Shown here piece by piece: positions 10,062-22,326 of a stretch of 64,000 nucleotides of DNA. Within the stretch, counting starts at the first letter, position 1; every line of letters begins with the position of its first letter. This DNA is from a bacterium (GTDB taxonomy: Bacteria > Zhuqueibacterota > Zhuqueibacteria > Residuimicrobiales > Krinioviventaceae): the NCBI GenBank assembly GCA_963674595.2, contig CAXXFV010000023.1, forward strand, positions 544,001 through 608,000, written 5' to 3'. A program made the position numbers and the translations under genes. The notes under the pieces were generated by a model. That model was not told the origin of the DNA, made no database searches, and saw nothing but the letters and a program-made list of their open reading frames with translations.

Positions 10062-10089
10062 GCAGGGACTCAACATGTTGAATCCCTGC
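10062..10089 (-). terminator. 28-bp hairpin downstream of the GH2 gene
   Basis: GCAGGGACTCAAC-AT-GTTGAATCCCTGC, 16 bp after the stop. No clear U-tract. Related to 18375-18402. Confidence 0.6.
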
Positions 10090-10105
10090 TTGTAAATTTA
10101 TAGGA

Positions 10106-13249
<3,144 letters not shown>

Positions 13250-13277
13250 TTACGGTGGGTTATTTTTTTTACATGTA

Positions 13278-13306
13278 ATGATACAAATTCTGAGGAACGA
13301 GAGCAA
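13278..13306 (-). promoter_or_regulatory. Sigma70-type promoter TTGCTC-N17-TATCAT upstream of GH2
   Basis: 17-bp spacer; flanks closely match those at 5938-5966. Confidence 0.55.
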
Positions 13307-13390
13307 GAGGTTTTTAAAAAATTTGAGTTGGATGACAATATATAAGGAATTATTTTTCTTTCGTGTTTTCCATTTTGCCTGAAAACCAAA

Positions 13391-14536
13391 CTATTTAACA
13401 AGTAAACATTTTTTTACACAGCTAAACTTATCCGTGTCGATTTTGTACAAGTATATACCTGAACTGATATTTTCAGCATTCCAGGCTATTGTATGATCCC
13501 CGGCATTTTTAACCTGGTTAACCAATCTTTCAACCAATCTTCCCTGAATGTCATAAACAGATATATTTACATAAGACGATTGAGAGAGATGATAGGACAG
13601 GGTCGTTTGCGCATTAAATGGATTCGGATAGTTATTGCCGAGAACTGAATGCTCCGGTGTGTTTTCATTAGACTGATTTTTAACTTTGGTCTGGTCTATT
13701 GAAAATACAGTCATCACGCCCAGATGGTCCGAGCAGTAATGGGTTTCGTCAAAAGGCTGGTCGAGAACAACCAGAGAGCTATCGACTTTTAAGATTCCTG
13801 TGTTTTTATAAAATATATAATCGATCCGCTTATAAGGAGAATCAGCAGAATAGGTAAAGCCGGCTAAAGAAGGATGGACTGAAAAATAAGTGTCTATAAA
13901 ATAAGAACCTGTTTCCCTATTCGTCAGCAGGGCAATTGGTTCCGTGTTTGGCAACGTGTTCATATCACCCGTTAGAATCAATGCCGTTCCCGGCCAGGCA
14001 TTTTCTTTCAGCGTCATATATTCCATGATCTGCTGAGTCTGTAACAGCCGAACAGCATCATGTTCCGGTCGATAAGACAGGTGGGTATTGAAAAAATTGA
14101 CTTTTCCCAATGGTGTGTTGATATGGTTCCACACCACTTTGCGGACCACATTGCCTTTGGCAAGCGCTTTATATCCATACTGCTCCACCGGATACTTGCT
14201 TACAATACCGATGCTTTCGTAAAATTCATCCCATCCGACATGAGTAATGCTGTAATAACTGTTATAGGGTCTGTTAAAATATGCGCTTAAAGAATCCGCA
14301 ATGGTTACCGCCATGTTTTTCGCCGCCCCGTTTGTGCCTACGGGATGGCACACTTCCTGTAATCCGATAATATCCGGATCGAGGATTTTTAAATTTTGGA
14401 TGATGTGATAGAGGCGGGTCTCATAATCAGTTCCGGGTTTCATGCCCTGAAGATTATAGGTCATGGTTTTAAGCGTTTGCTGCGCTGATAACGGATGAAC
14501 AAAAAGAAAGATGAGCAAACAGACGAGTTGTCTCAT
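13391..14536 (-). CDS. Endonuclease/exonuclease/phosphatase (EEP) family protein with C-terminal T9SS-type sorting domain
   Basis: 'TYNL', 'DIIGLQEV', 'NTHL', 'GDMN', 'RIDYIF', 'SDH'; C-terminal 'NYPNPFN...SSGIYLY'. Confidence 0.9.
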   Translation of the reverse strand: MRQLVCLLIFLFVHPLSAQQTLKTMTYNLQGMKPGTDYETRLYHIIQNLKILDPDIIGLQEVCHPVGTNGAAKNMAVTIADSLSAYFNRPYNSYYSITHVGWDEFYESIGIVSKYPVEQYGYKALAKGNVVRKVVWNHINTPLGKVNFFNTHLSYRPEHDAVRLLQTQQIMEYMTLKENAWPGTALILTGDMNTLPNTEPIALLTNRETGSYFIDTYFSVHPSLAGFTYSADSPYKRIDYIFYKNTGILKVDSSLVVLDQPFDETHYCSDHLGVMTVFSIDQTKVKNQSNENTPEHSVLGNNYPNPFNAQTTLSYHLSQSSYVNISVYDIQGRLVERLVNQVKNAGDHTIAWNAENISSGIYLYKIDTDKFSCVKKCLLVK

Positions 14537-14744
14537 TTTGTGCCTTGATTAAATTTTTTTGCATTTTGTCGATTTTGAAATACACAAACAAACACCTGAT
14601 ATTTAATTAACAAATATTCTGTGTAAATTGCAAAATGTTTCAAAATTTTAAAGCAGGTGAATAAGGTTGAAAGGGGTGCGGGAGAAATGATCAAAACATC
14701 TTGAATTTAAACGGTTAAATTTTAAAAGGTCCCCCAAAATGTAT

Positions 14745-14767
14745 GCCCCGGGATGCAGGGTCCCGGG
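14745..14767 (-). terminator. GC-rich hairpin downstream of the PepSY-TM gene
   Basis: cccgggatgcagggtcccggg inverted repeat. Confidence 0.4.
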
Positions 14768-14818
14768 ACGTGCTGAATCATGTCAATTTGATATAAATGC
14801 AAACAATAGGCTATTTAA

Positions 14819-15343
14819 TTACAGGATTAATATCATAAATAGGGCAATCACAAAACCCAATCCGGTAAAAGCCATACCTCGTTTGAAAAATTTTGTATTC
14901 GGTTTAAACATCCAAAAGGAAGACAATGCCAAAAATACAAGTAGAATACCAAATGCCACTGTGAACCAATGTGCGGCATAATCGCTTGAGGTTTTGTGCA
15001 AGTTTATGAGCTTTTCAATAAAATCAGGAAATTTTTCAGTTGTATATACCGCAACTCCTGTTGATTTGGTGTAAACGCCATCTCTGAAATATATTTTATC
15101 CGCATCTTCATCGAGTATCTCAAACCTTTTGGATTTTAGAGCAGCTCCCAAATCTGCTGCTTTGATATCATGTTTCAATTGTGTTTCAACATTAACTTTA
15201 GATTTTAAAAAACTGGTATTGCGAAAAGTTAAAATAACGCCGCTAAGGCAATAAATGATGGTAAGGCCGATAATCAGGAATCCTATATCCCGATGCAGCG
15301 CACGCATTATCTTGTTGACCGATAATCCGGAATTCTGTTTCAT
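14819..15343 (-). CDS. PepSY-associated TM helix domain protein
   Basis: 'RALHRDIGF...YCLSG' and 'LINLHK' motifs. Start at ATG 15343 with GAAAGGA RBS. Confidence 0.8.
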   Translation of the reverse strand: MKQNSGLSVNKIMRALHRDIGFLIIGLTIIYCLSGVILTFRNTSFLKSKVNVETQLKHDIKAADLGAALKSKRFEILDEDADKIYFRDGVYTKSTGVAVYTTEKFPDFIEKLINLHKTSSDYAAHWFTVAFGILLVFLALSSFWMFKPNTKFFKRGMAFTGLGFVIALFMILIL

Positions 15344-15686
15344 ATAAATCCTTTCTTGATGCATTTTTTAATATTATATATAAAATAGGACAATAACCGC
15401 AGGTTTCAACTGCCCTGTAGAAAATGAATAAATCATCACTTGTTATTAAAATCCCGAGTAGCAAAAAAATTTGCTCATTTAAACTAAATTATTTGAATTG
15501 TGGTTCACTTTGGGGTAAGGTGTGGTATTTCAGCTTTGCAATCAATCCTGTTTCAAAAGGATAATAATGAATGTCATTTGTAAATAACGCACTGCTGTTT
15601 GGTGAATTGGAGGTTGATGTTGGATTGGGTCTGTTGATGATTTTTTGGGAAATCTTTCGTAGAGTTTTATAATAAGATTATTTGAA

Positions 15687-16481
15687 TTAATCATTCCAAA
15701 TACAACTGAGGATTCCATTATTGCCCACCCGAATACATTGTTCATAAAATTTTATATCTTTATAATGATTAACTTTAAAATCCTGTGCAAACCAATCAAT
15801 TGCATATATTGGTTCTGGTTTGTCTGGTAATTCATCACCATTATAAAATTCTTTGGCAATAGTATTAATTGGTACATCCATTCCTTTTGGAACATATTGA
15901 AGATAAAAATCATTAGAAAAACTAGACCATTCGACTTTCTCATCTTTACAAAAAATGATAGCAACAGGAAAATCTCCTAAGGTTCTGTACTTCAAAAGAG
16001 CAGATGTAATAGAAGATTGGAAAGAGTGAGCAACATTTTTAATAAGATCAAGATTAAAAAATTTACCCCTTACTTGATCAATAAATAAATGAGAAGGCAT
16101 TAATAATTCAGCGGCAAATTTATTGGCTTCTAATTCGTGGTTTCCTTTTGCATGCCAATCGTTTAGGGACTTTTCATCATCCATATGAATTTGATTATCC
16201 AATAATAACCTGTGAAGCTCAAAATGACCTAATTCATGTGCTATAATAAACCTCTTTTTCCCTTCGTGATTAATATTCCGGTCATAAGAAATTATAGCTT
16301 CACTGCCATCTATCATTATTCGTCCTTGAGCACCGTCAAGTTTAATAGATTGTATATGTGTAATCCCTCTTGATAAAGCAACATCTTCACAAGTCAGGCC
16401 TAAAGGATCATTTAGTAAACCGCAGTCCTCAAGAACTATTCTAGCTGTATTGGTTGCTCTATCATTCGGAATTTTTATCAT
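15687..16481 (-). CDS. ImmA/IrrE family Zn metallo-endopeptidase (DUF955) with C-terminal extension
   Basis: 'RFIIAHELGHFELH' (HExxH) and 'ELEANKFAAELLMP', then HTH-like 'VAHSFQSSITSAL' and a ~90-aa C-terminal domain. Confidence 0.93.
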   Translation of the reverse strand: MIKIPNDRATNTARIVLEDCGLLNDPLGLTCEDVALSRGITHIQSIKLDGAQGRIMIDGSEAIISYDRNINHEGKKRFIIAHELGHFELHRLLLDNQIHMDDEKSLNDWHAKGNHELEANKFAAELLMPSHLFIDQVRGKFFNLDLIKNVAHSFQSSITSALLKYRTLGDFPVAIIFCKDEKVEWSSFSNDFYLQYVPKGMDVPINTIAKEFYNGDELPDKPEPIYAIDWFAQDFKVNHYKDIKFYEQCIRVGNNGILSCIWND

Positions 16482-16872
16482 TCTCCAAATCCTTTCTCAG
16501 TTCTCTAACCAATTCCATAAATTTTCTATCTGTTAACATGGATTCTTTATCTTCTTCAGTAATTTCCTCGAATTTACTATATAGTTGAGGAGCTAATTTT
16601 TGGTATTTAGGTTGATCCAATAATTTTGTTAATAATTCATTTTTCCCTATTTCATTTATCAAATTATCCAAAATTTCCTTAGCTCTGTTAGATATTCTTT
16701 TTTGCATAGTCGCTTTTGCTTTAGTATTTAACTTTTTAATATGTGTAAGATGTTTTTGAAAATTTGAATTTGGGCGCTGCTTCAAATCTTCTAAAATTTC
16801 TTCATCAGGAAAATTTATAATGGCTTCTTCAAAAAGTTCGTCAAGATGTTTTAATATATCATAATAATTCAT
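16462..16872 (-). CDS. Small charged helical hypothetical protein (candidate anti-sigma factor / protease substrate)
   Basis: Start overlaps the upstream stop (TAATG) and its end overlaps the peptidase start by 20 bp. No TM segment or known motif. Confidence 0.75.
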   Translation of the reverse strand: MNYYDILKHLDELFEEAIINFPDEEILEDLKQRPNSNFQKHLTHIKKLNTKAKATMQKRISNRAKEILDNLINEIGKNELLTKLLDQPKYQKLAPQLYSKFEEITEEDKESMLTDRKFMELVRELRKDLENDKNSE

Positions 16873-17486
16873 TACGTAGTCTCTTTAGAATGTTTGATAA
16901 TATAATTTTTTACTTTTGATTTCAAATGATCAGTTACTCTGTAAAGTTTTTTTTTCTCCCACCCTGTTTCATTACAGATTTCATCACTAGATTTCCCCTC
17001 AGTAATATATAAAAAAAGTGTTTCCATATCTTCATTTCCATCAATTGCCTCCATTATGGTATCTATCTGATACTCATAAAATTTTTCTTTTTCTGCTGAT
17101 TGAGTATCTTCATCAAAATCAACCATATTAAAGAAACCTATATTTTCAATTGGAATTTGAGTTTTTATAGAACTAGAATTTTTTTCTTGTTCCAATCTAT
17201 ATTTTCTCACATTTTCCGAAATAAGACTTCCAACAATCCTGCACATTTGTTCTGAAATGGAATATTCTTCTTTCCATTCCCAAGCACCACTATATAGTTT
17301 ATTTATTGCCTCATAGATGTAATAATCAAATGGTGACATACCTAAATAATTTTCACTATGGCAACCAAATTTTGTTCTGCCTCTTACTCGAAGATCAATC
17401 AATCTACGGCATTTCTCTATCGCTACGATCCATTCATCTTCACATAACTCAGTCAATCGTTTTAATGTATATTTTTCTTTTTCCAT
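16872..17486 (-). CDS. Divergent ECF-type sigma70-like protein
   Basis: Region-2-like 'DYYIYEAINKLYSGAWEWK...MCRIVGSLISE' and region-4 HTH 'EGKSSDEICNETGWEKKKLYRVTDHLK'; 204 aa. Confidence 0.65.
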   Translation of the reverse strand: MEKEKYTLKRLTELCEDEWIVAIEKCRRLIDLRVRGRTKFGCHSENYLGMSPFDYYIYEAINKLYSGAWEWKEEYSISEQMCRIVGSLISENVRKYRLEQEKNSSSIKTQIPIENIGFFNMVDFDEDTQSAEKEKFYEYQIDTIMEAIDGNEDMETLFLYITEGKSSDEICNETGWEKKKLYRVTDHLKSKVKNYIIKHSKETT

Positions 17487-17634
17487 ATTAAATCACTTCA
17501 TATTTAATTTAACTGAAAAATTAAAATATTCCCTTTTTGCTGGGTAAAAAATCTTCAAATCAGTTAATTGATAAGTGAAACTCAATAGAGTTATTTTAAT
17601 TAAAGAAAACTACAATTAAATTCGGAGATTTTTT

Positions 17635-17985
17635 ATGGAAAATCCAAAATTTCAAATTTTCAAGGACAGTGCATCTGAGTACCGTTTTCGTCTCAAAGCT
17701 AAGAACGGTGAAATTATCTTGCGTAGTAGCGAAGGTTATACGACAAAACAAAGCTGCCAAAATGGAATCGCTTCGGTTAAAGCCAATGCTCCTTATGATA
17801 TAAGATATAGTCGCAATACTTCCACCAATGGTCAATACTATTTCGTTTTGAAAGCCAGTAATGCAGAACCGCTTGGAATAAGCGAAATGTATAATTCCAG
17901 TTCAGCTAGAGATAATGGTATTGAATCGGTAAAACAGAATGCGCCTATTGCTCCAACTGAAGATTTAACGGTTACAATGAATTAA
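17635..17985 (+). CDS. yegP: YegP family protein (tandem DUF1508)
   Basis: Two repeats: 'YRFRLKAKNGEIILRSSEGYTTKQSCQNGIASVKANA' and 'YYFVLKASNAEPLGISEMYNSSSARDNGIESVKQNA'. GGAG RBS. Confidence 0.93.
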   Translation: MENPKFQIFKDSASEYRFRLKAKNGEIILRSSEGYTTKQSCQNGIASVKANAPYDIRYSRNTSTNGQYYFVLKASNAEPLGISEMYNSSSARDNGIESVKQNAPIAPTEDLTVTMN

Positions 17986-18006
17986 TAAATCCATTGATAG
18001 TTTAAG

Positions 18007-18051
18007 TGGCAAGAATGGTTTTAGTAATATTATAGAAAAAACCTTCTTGCC
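18007..18051 (+). terminator. Long hairpin after yegP
   Basis: tggcaagaatggtttt ... aaaaaccttcttgcca imperfect inverted repeat. Confidence 0.6.
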
Positions 18052-18301
18052 ATCTAGTTTTCATGATCTTTAATTCTAAATTAATATCATCGAATTTGGG
18101 TGAATTTTTTAGTGATATCTTACAATCCAGTATTACCTAACATTATGCAATAGAAATACGATTCTTGTTCAAGTGTAACCTTATCTGTGTTTCTACCTTT
18201 AAATCCCGTATTTATAAAGTTGAAAAATCAGTTTAGAATGTTTTTTGAATATCCCACAAATTGCCAACCGTCTGAAAAACAGACTATTAACTGATAAACG
18301 A

Positions 18302-18330
18302 ATTATACAAAATATTTAATACTACCGCAA
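18302..18330 (-). promoter_or_regulatory. Sigma70-type promoter TTGCGG-N17-TATAAT with no co-oriented ORF immediately downstream
   Basis: Consensus -10 and 17-bp spacer; part of a diverged third copy of the intergenic repeat. Confidence 0.6.
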
Positions 18331-18402
18331 GAGTTTTTCTAATAATATAGAAATAAATGAAGAGGCAGGTATCTGCAGGGATTCAAACTAATGAAACCCT
18401 GC
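18305..18402. repeat. Diverged partial third copy of the intergenic module, including the 28-bp hairpin at 18375-18402
   Basis: atacaaa...cgcaagag...gaaataaa...ggcaggt...gggattcaaact colinear with 5941-6024. Confidence 0.7.
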
Positions 18403-18421
18403 AAAATATAGACATGTTTTT

Positions 18422-20023
18422 TTATTTATCACCCAATTCATAAAAAAACAGGGTGCTCAGACCGCGGTAACGGCCGTATCCTTCGGGTCTGTAATCGGGA
18501 GCATTCAGGATTTTTTCGGTATAGGGCATATCGAGTCCCATACGATTGTGATAGTGATTATACATGGATTCCCAAATTTCCATTGGTTTATAATCGGTTT
18601 CCAGAACGCGCTTTGCGGTTCCTTCTATACCCTTTGACAGCCTGTTGTTCTCTATGGAATAAAGATCAATGCCCTGGTTTCGGGCAATTTCGGCAATACC
18701 CGCCAATGCACCGATTCCCATTTGTTCATGTCCCTGGTCGCGCAATGTTTCCTGGGTTGTGCTGTCCTCGCGTACATAATAGGTCATTTTACCATTACCG
18801 ATACCGTTCAAATAGTAATTGACAGCGTGATCAAAAATGAATTTGTCATCCAGGCAAATGCCCATTGAAATCAAACCTTCACCGATGACGGCGTCCCAGT
18901 TGCCATTATAGGAAGGAATAAAGTTTCGTAACAACGGCCAGTAAACCGTCCTGAGCCAGTTTTCAAATACAGTTTGGTCCTGTTCCTGCCAGCCGGATGC
19001 TGTGTTTTTAAGAATTTCAGCCGCATTAGCGAATTGTATCAGTGCGTGTCCGCCTGATAATTTGTCATTCCCGCCGGTTATTTCTTTGTTTGTTGTGGAC
19101 CAGGCCCGAATAATTTCGATGGCCTTTTCCGCGTATCTGATGCTGTCTGTCAGGACCCATAATTCTGTGTTGAAAAATGCTGCTTTTGCATCTTTATTAA
19201 TTTCTTTGTGCCCGGTGCTGACACTTTTTTGATAAAAACCGGTAAAAGTCAGTTTTTCAAACGGGGAAGGCTTGTAATCTTTATGTGCAAATTCGCTTGC
19301 CAATGCATCATCAAAAGCTTCTTTCCAGGGGGATTCTCCGGCCTGGATTTTTGATTTGACAAAATTAATCTGTTCCGTTGTTACAAGAATTCCCGGATGT
19401 TTGAATGCTTTAGGTGCATAAGCAGGCGGGACCGGCGGAACATAGACCAAGCCGCCGATCATAAAACGTGGTTTTAAATTGTCATAATCTTCCACACTGC
19501 CAAAACCGAGGTTTACGCCTTTTTCTTCGGTTTTAAAACACAGGCAGATATAATAATCCTCTTTGGCAAATTTTTGTTTTACAAAGTCTGTAAAATCGAG
19601 TTCATACACTTTTTGGGGTTCGTCAAATTTTTGTGATAAAATCGCTGTTTTACCGATTGGAGGCCGTTCGTTCCAGGTAAGCTGTGTTTCATCCCAGTTA
19701 TGGTCCAGTACTTCATAAACCGAAACCGTGCCGGGTGTAATCACATCTTTTGTTTGTATGCGCAGGATGGCGCTGTCCAGCCTGGAGAATCCCGGAATAA
19801 AGTATTTCAAATAGGCCATGGAAGCGTCGTACTCGACTGTTAGAGTTTTATCCTGAGCAAAGTTTGTTGATGCTTTTTTACCGGCTTTGACCGGTGCGTC
19901 ATCGTTCGGCTCAACGCCGACGTAATCATAGGTTGGCTGCCACATGGTCCTGTCTTCTTGACGTGTGCAGAAACTTGTCATTATCAGGAGCATGAGCAGG
20001 AGAACGTTAAAAACTCTGTACAT
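18422..20023 (-). CDS. Lipoprotein with N-terminal DNRLRE/CBM96-like domain and alginate-lyase-family (alpha/alpha) domain
   Basis: Lipobox-like 'TSFC'; 'WDETQLTWNERP'; 'FKHPGIL', 'YNGNWD', 'QETLRDQGHEQMG'. Confidence 0.75.
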   Translation of the reverse strand: MYRVFNVLLLMLLIMTSFCTRQEDRTMWQPTYDYVGVEPNDDAPVKAGKKASTNFAQDKTLTVEYDASMAYLKYFIPGFSRLDSAILRIQTKDVITPGTVSVYEVLDHNWDETQLTWNERPPIGKTAILSQKFDEPQKVYELDFTDFVKQKFAKEDYYICLCFKTEEKGVNLGFGSVEDYDNLKPRFMIGGLVYVPPVPPAYAPKAFKHPGILVTTEQINFVKSKIQAGESPWKEAFDDALASEFAHKDYKPSPFEKLTFTGFYQKSVSTGHKEINKDAKAAFFNTELWVLTDSIRYAEKAIEIIRAWSTTNKEITGGNDKLSGGHALIQFANAAEILKNTASGWQEQDQTVFENWLRTVYWPLLRNFIPSYNGNWDAVIGEGLISMGICLDDKFIFDHAVNYYLNGIGNGKMTYYVREDSTTQETLRDQGHEQMGIGALAGIAEIARNQGIDLYSIENNRLSKGIEGTAKRVLETDYKPMEIWESMYNHYHNRMGLDMPYTEKILNAPDYRPEGYGRYRGLSTLFFYELGDK

Positions 20024-20120
20024 GAAAATTCCTTTCCAGGGATATGAGTGTTGTGGTTTAAACTTTTTTAACAGTAATTTTTAAACATAGAATGACATTG
20101 ACTATTCATTTCGTCTTGAA

Positions 20121-21299
20121 CTATTTTGACGGTACTTTCCAGATCGTGCCCAGTATATCCGGACGCGAACGATTCGGATCGGGTGGTGTCATACGCTGAT
20201 CTCCGTCTTCGGGATCGGGTTGATAATATACGGTTAGTACTTTGCCGGGCTCCAGTTCAACCGACGCCGGATAGCCCAGATCTTTATTAAAAGCATCGTC
20301 CCGTAAAATAATTTCATTTTCTTTTTTCCAGGTTATACCATCATCACTGACACAAGCACGCTCGCCAAACGGCGGTTTTCTGTATCCATAACTGCATACA
20401 ACGCGTCCATCAGACAACAGCAGCAGATGCGGCGGATATCCCCACAAGGGCGTTGCATAAGGTTCAACCCATGTTTTGCCATTGTCATCAGAATAGGTGC
20501 AGTGTAATAAACAACGTGGATCGCCATCATTATAGGGTTTTGATGTTACCCTTATCATCATCACAATCCGGCCCGATGGTAACTGTAAAAGATGCGGCTC
20601 GGCGATGTTGAGACTGTCCGGTTGGGGAGAAGATATCAGGGCAATTCGCTGCCAATCTTCTTCCGGTGATGCGGTTGAATAGACACCGATTTGCGGTGAG
20701 TCCAACCGATACGCCGCAATCAGCAATGTCCCGTCAGGAAGCTGAATACCGCCATGACATGAATCTTTGCCGTATTTCAGGTCTGTCCATGAATGGCCAT
20801 TGTCCTCAGATATGCGGCTTGATTCACCCTCATAAATGTGGGCATTTTTATAGGCCGGTTTTTCTACATGCTCCACCCAACGATCAATCATGTCCTGTTC
20901 GTATGAATTTGGACCCAAATTTTTGTATTTTTCAGATGTCCAAAAGGAAGTCCAATTATGGGTGATAATGCGTCCGTCGTTTAGTACTGAGAAACCCGGT
21001 TCTCTGTCATCAATCGGTGTATCAAGGACAATTGCCGGCATCTGCCATGTTTCGCCATTATCTGTGGAACGGCAGGTCACAATTTTTCCATCCGGTCCAA
21101 GGTGTTCTTCGTTAATGCAAAATGAAACCAACAAGTCCCCATTTGCAGCCCGAAGTATGTCCGGCCAGGCGCAGTATTCATCATGGCTAGCATAAACTTT
21201 AATGTGTTTGATGATGGGACTCGTTTCTCTGGTGGATTGACAATTTAACCATATTATGGCAAAGAGTACCAGGAATATAGCGGGCAGTTTTGTTTTCAC
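20121..21299 (-). CDS. Sialidase-like / BNR (Asp-box) repeat protein, lipoprotein
   Basis: Asp-boxes 'STDNGETW', 'SEDNGHSW', 'SDDNGKTW', 'SDDGITW'; 'DLGYP'. Confidence 0.8.
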   Translation of the reverse strand: MKTKLPAIFLVLFAIIWLNCQSTRETSPIIKHIKVYASHDEYCAWPDILRAANGDLLVSFCINEEHLGPDGKIVTCRSTDNGETWQMPAIVLDTPIDDREPGFSVLNDGRIITHNWTSFWTSEKYKNLGPNSYEQDMIDRWVEHVEKPAYKNAHIYEGESSRISEDNGHSWTDLKYGKDSCHGGIQLPDGTLLIAAYRLDSPQIGVYSTASPEEDWQRIALISSPQPDSLNIAEPHLLQLPSGRIVMMIRVTSKPYNDGDPRCLLHCTYSDDNGKTWVEPYATPLWGYPPHLLLLSDGRVVCSYGYRKPPFGERACVSDDGITWKKENEIILRDDAFNKDLGYPASVELEPGKVLTVYYQPDPEDGDQRMTPPDPNRSRPDILGTIWKVPSK

Positions 21300-21402
21300 A
21301 GGAACCTCCGGTTTGGGATGAGTGTTGTGTCTGGATAGTCGGTTATTTTAAATTTCGGATATACCAGGCAGTACAATTCATTAATTTATATTGACTCTAA
21401 AT

Positions 21403-22326
21403 TTATTGTGATAACGATTTCAACCAATCAATGCAGCGGTCTGTCCACGTGTCCAGGTAACCTTTGCCGATTGCCAGCGAAAAGCCATGTCCGCCCTGGG
21501 GATAGATATGCATTTCTGTCGGTACATCGTTGTCGTTTAAGGCTTTGTAAAAAATCAGGCTGTTTTCAATGGGCACTGATTTGTCATCACCGGCATGCAC
21601 GATAAAGGTCGGAGGTGTATCGGGTGTGACATGCAATTCGTTGGAATAATAATTAACCAACGTAGAGTCCGGATTTTCACCCAATAATGTTTTCCGTGAA
21701 CCACTGTGTGTAAAAGATTTTGTAAGCGTGATGACAGGGTATAATAAAATCATAAAATCAGGTCTGCAACTCAACATATCTATCGGGTCTGATGCATCGG
21801 GATTCCCTGAATCGTAATGGGTCCCTGCTGTCGAGGCAAGATGGCCTCCGGCTGAAAAACCCATAATACCGATTTTATCTTTGGAGATATTCCATTCTTT
21901 AGCATGGAATCGTGTCAACCGGATGGCTCGCTGCGCGTCAAGTAATGGAGATTTGTGTCCGACAATATTACTTTTTGATCCGGGTAAACGATATTTTAAA
22001 ACAATGGCGGCAATTCCTTTAGAGTTTAGCCATTTGGCAATATCCGTACCCTCCCAATCATAGCATACAACTCTGTATCCACCTCCGGGGCAAACAACCA
22101 CAGCCTGACCGGTGGCATTCTTTTTGGACGGTAAAAAAACTGAAATTTCCGGTTTTTGCACAAGACTGAACATAACAATGTCTGTTGTTTCCCGGATCTT
22201 AACCTGATCTGTTTTTTGATAATTGGGAATGTTTTCCGACCATAACGGTAGAATATAACTTTGTCCGAAACAAATTGTGTTCAGGAGTAAAAAAGCAGTG
22301 ATACAAAGGGAATATTTAATCATCAT
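21403..22326 (-). CDS. Alpha/beta hydrolase, probable carbohydrate esterase
   Basis: 'CPGGGY', 'GFSAGGH', 'DDKSV', 'GGHGF'; signal peptide. Confidence 0.88.
   Translation of the reverse strand: MMIKYSLCITAFLLLNTICFGQSYILPLWSENIPNYQKTDQVKIRETTDIVMFSLVQKPEISVFLPSKKNATGQAVVVCPGGGYRVVCYDWEGTDIAKWLNSKGIAAIVLKYRLPGSKSNIVGHKSPLLDAQRAIRLTRFHAKEWNISKDKIGIMGFSAGGHLASTAGTHYDSGNPDASDPIDMLSCRPDFMILLYPVITLTKSFTHSGSRKTLLGENPDSTLVNYYSNELHVTPDTPPTFIVHAGDDKSVPIENSLIFYKALNDNDVPTEMHIYPQGGHGFSLAIGKGYLDTWTDRCIDWLKSLSQ

Larger units (their letters stand above)
15449..18208. mobile_element. Probable horizontally acquired islet, boundaries approximate, no mobility gene
   Basis: Visibly more AT-rich. Six CTAG tetramers (15922, 16441, 16987, 17173, 17906, 18053), which are sparse elsewhere; few CCGG. 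Weak 8-bp direct repeat AAATCCCG at 15449-15456 and 18201-18208. Confidence 0.45.

Noticed and set aside
15687-17985. Prophage, ICE or CBASS locus implied by the ImmA/IrrE peptidase
   Set aside because: No integrase, XRE repressor, phage genes, CD-NTase or effector nearby.
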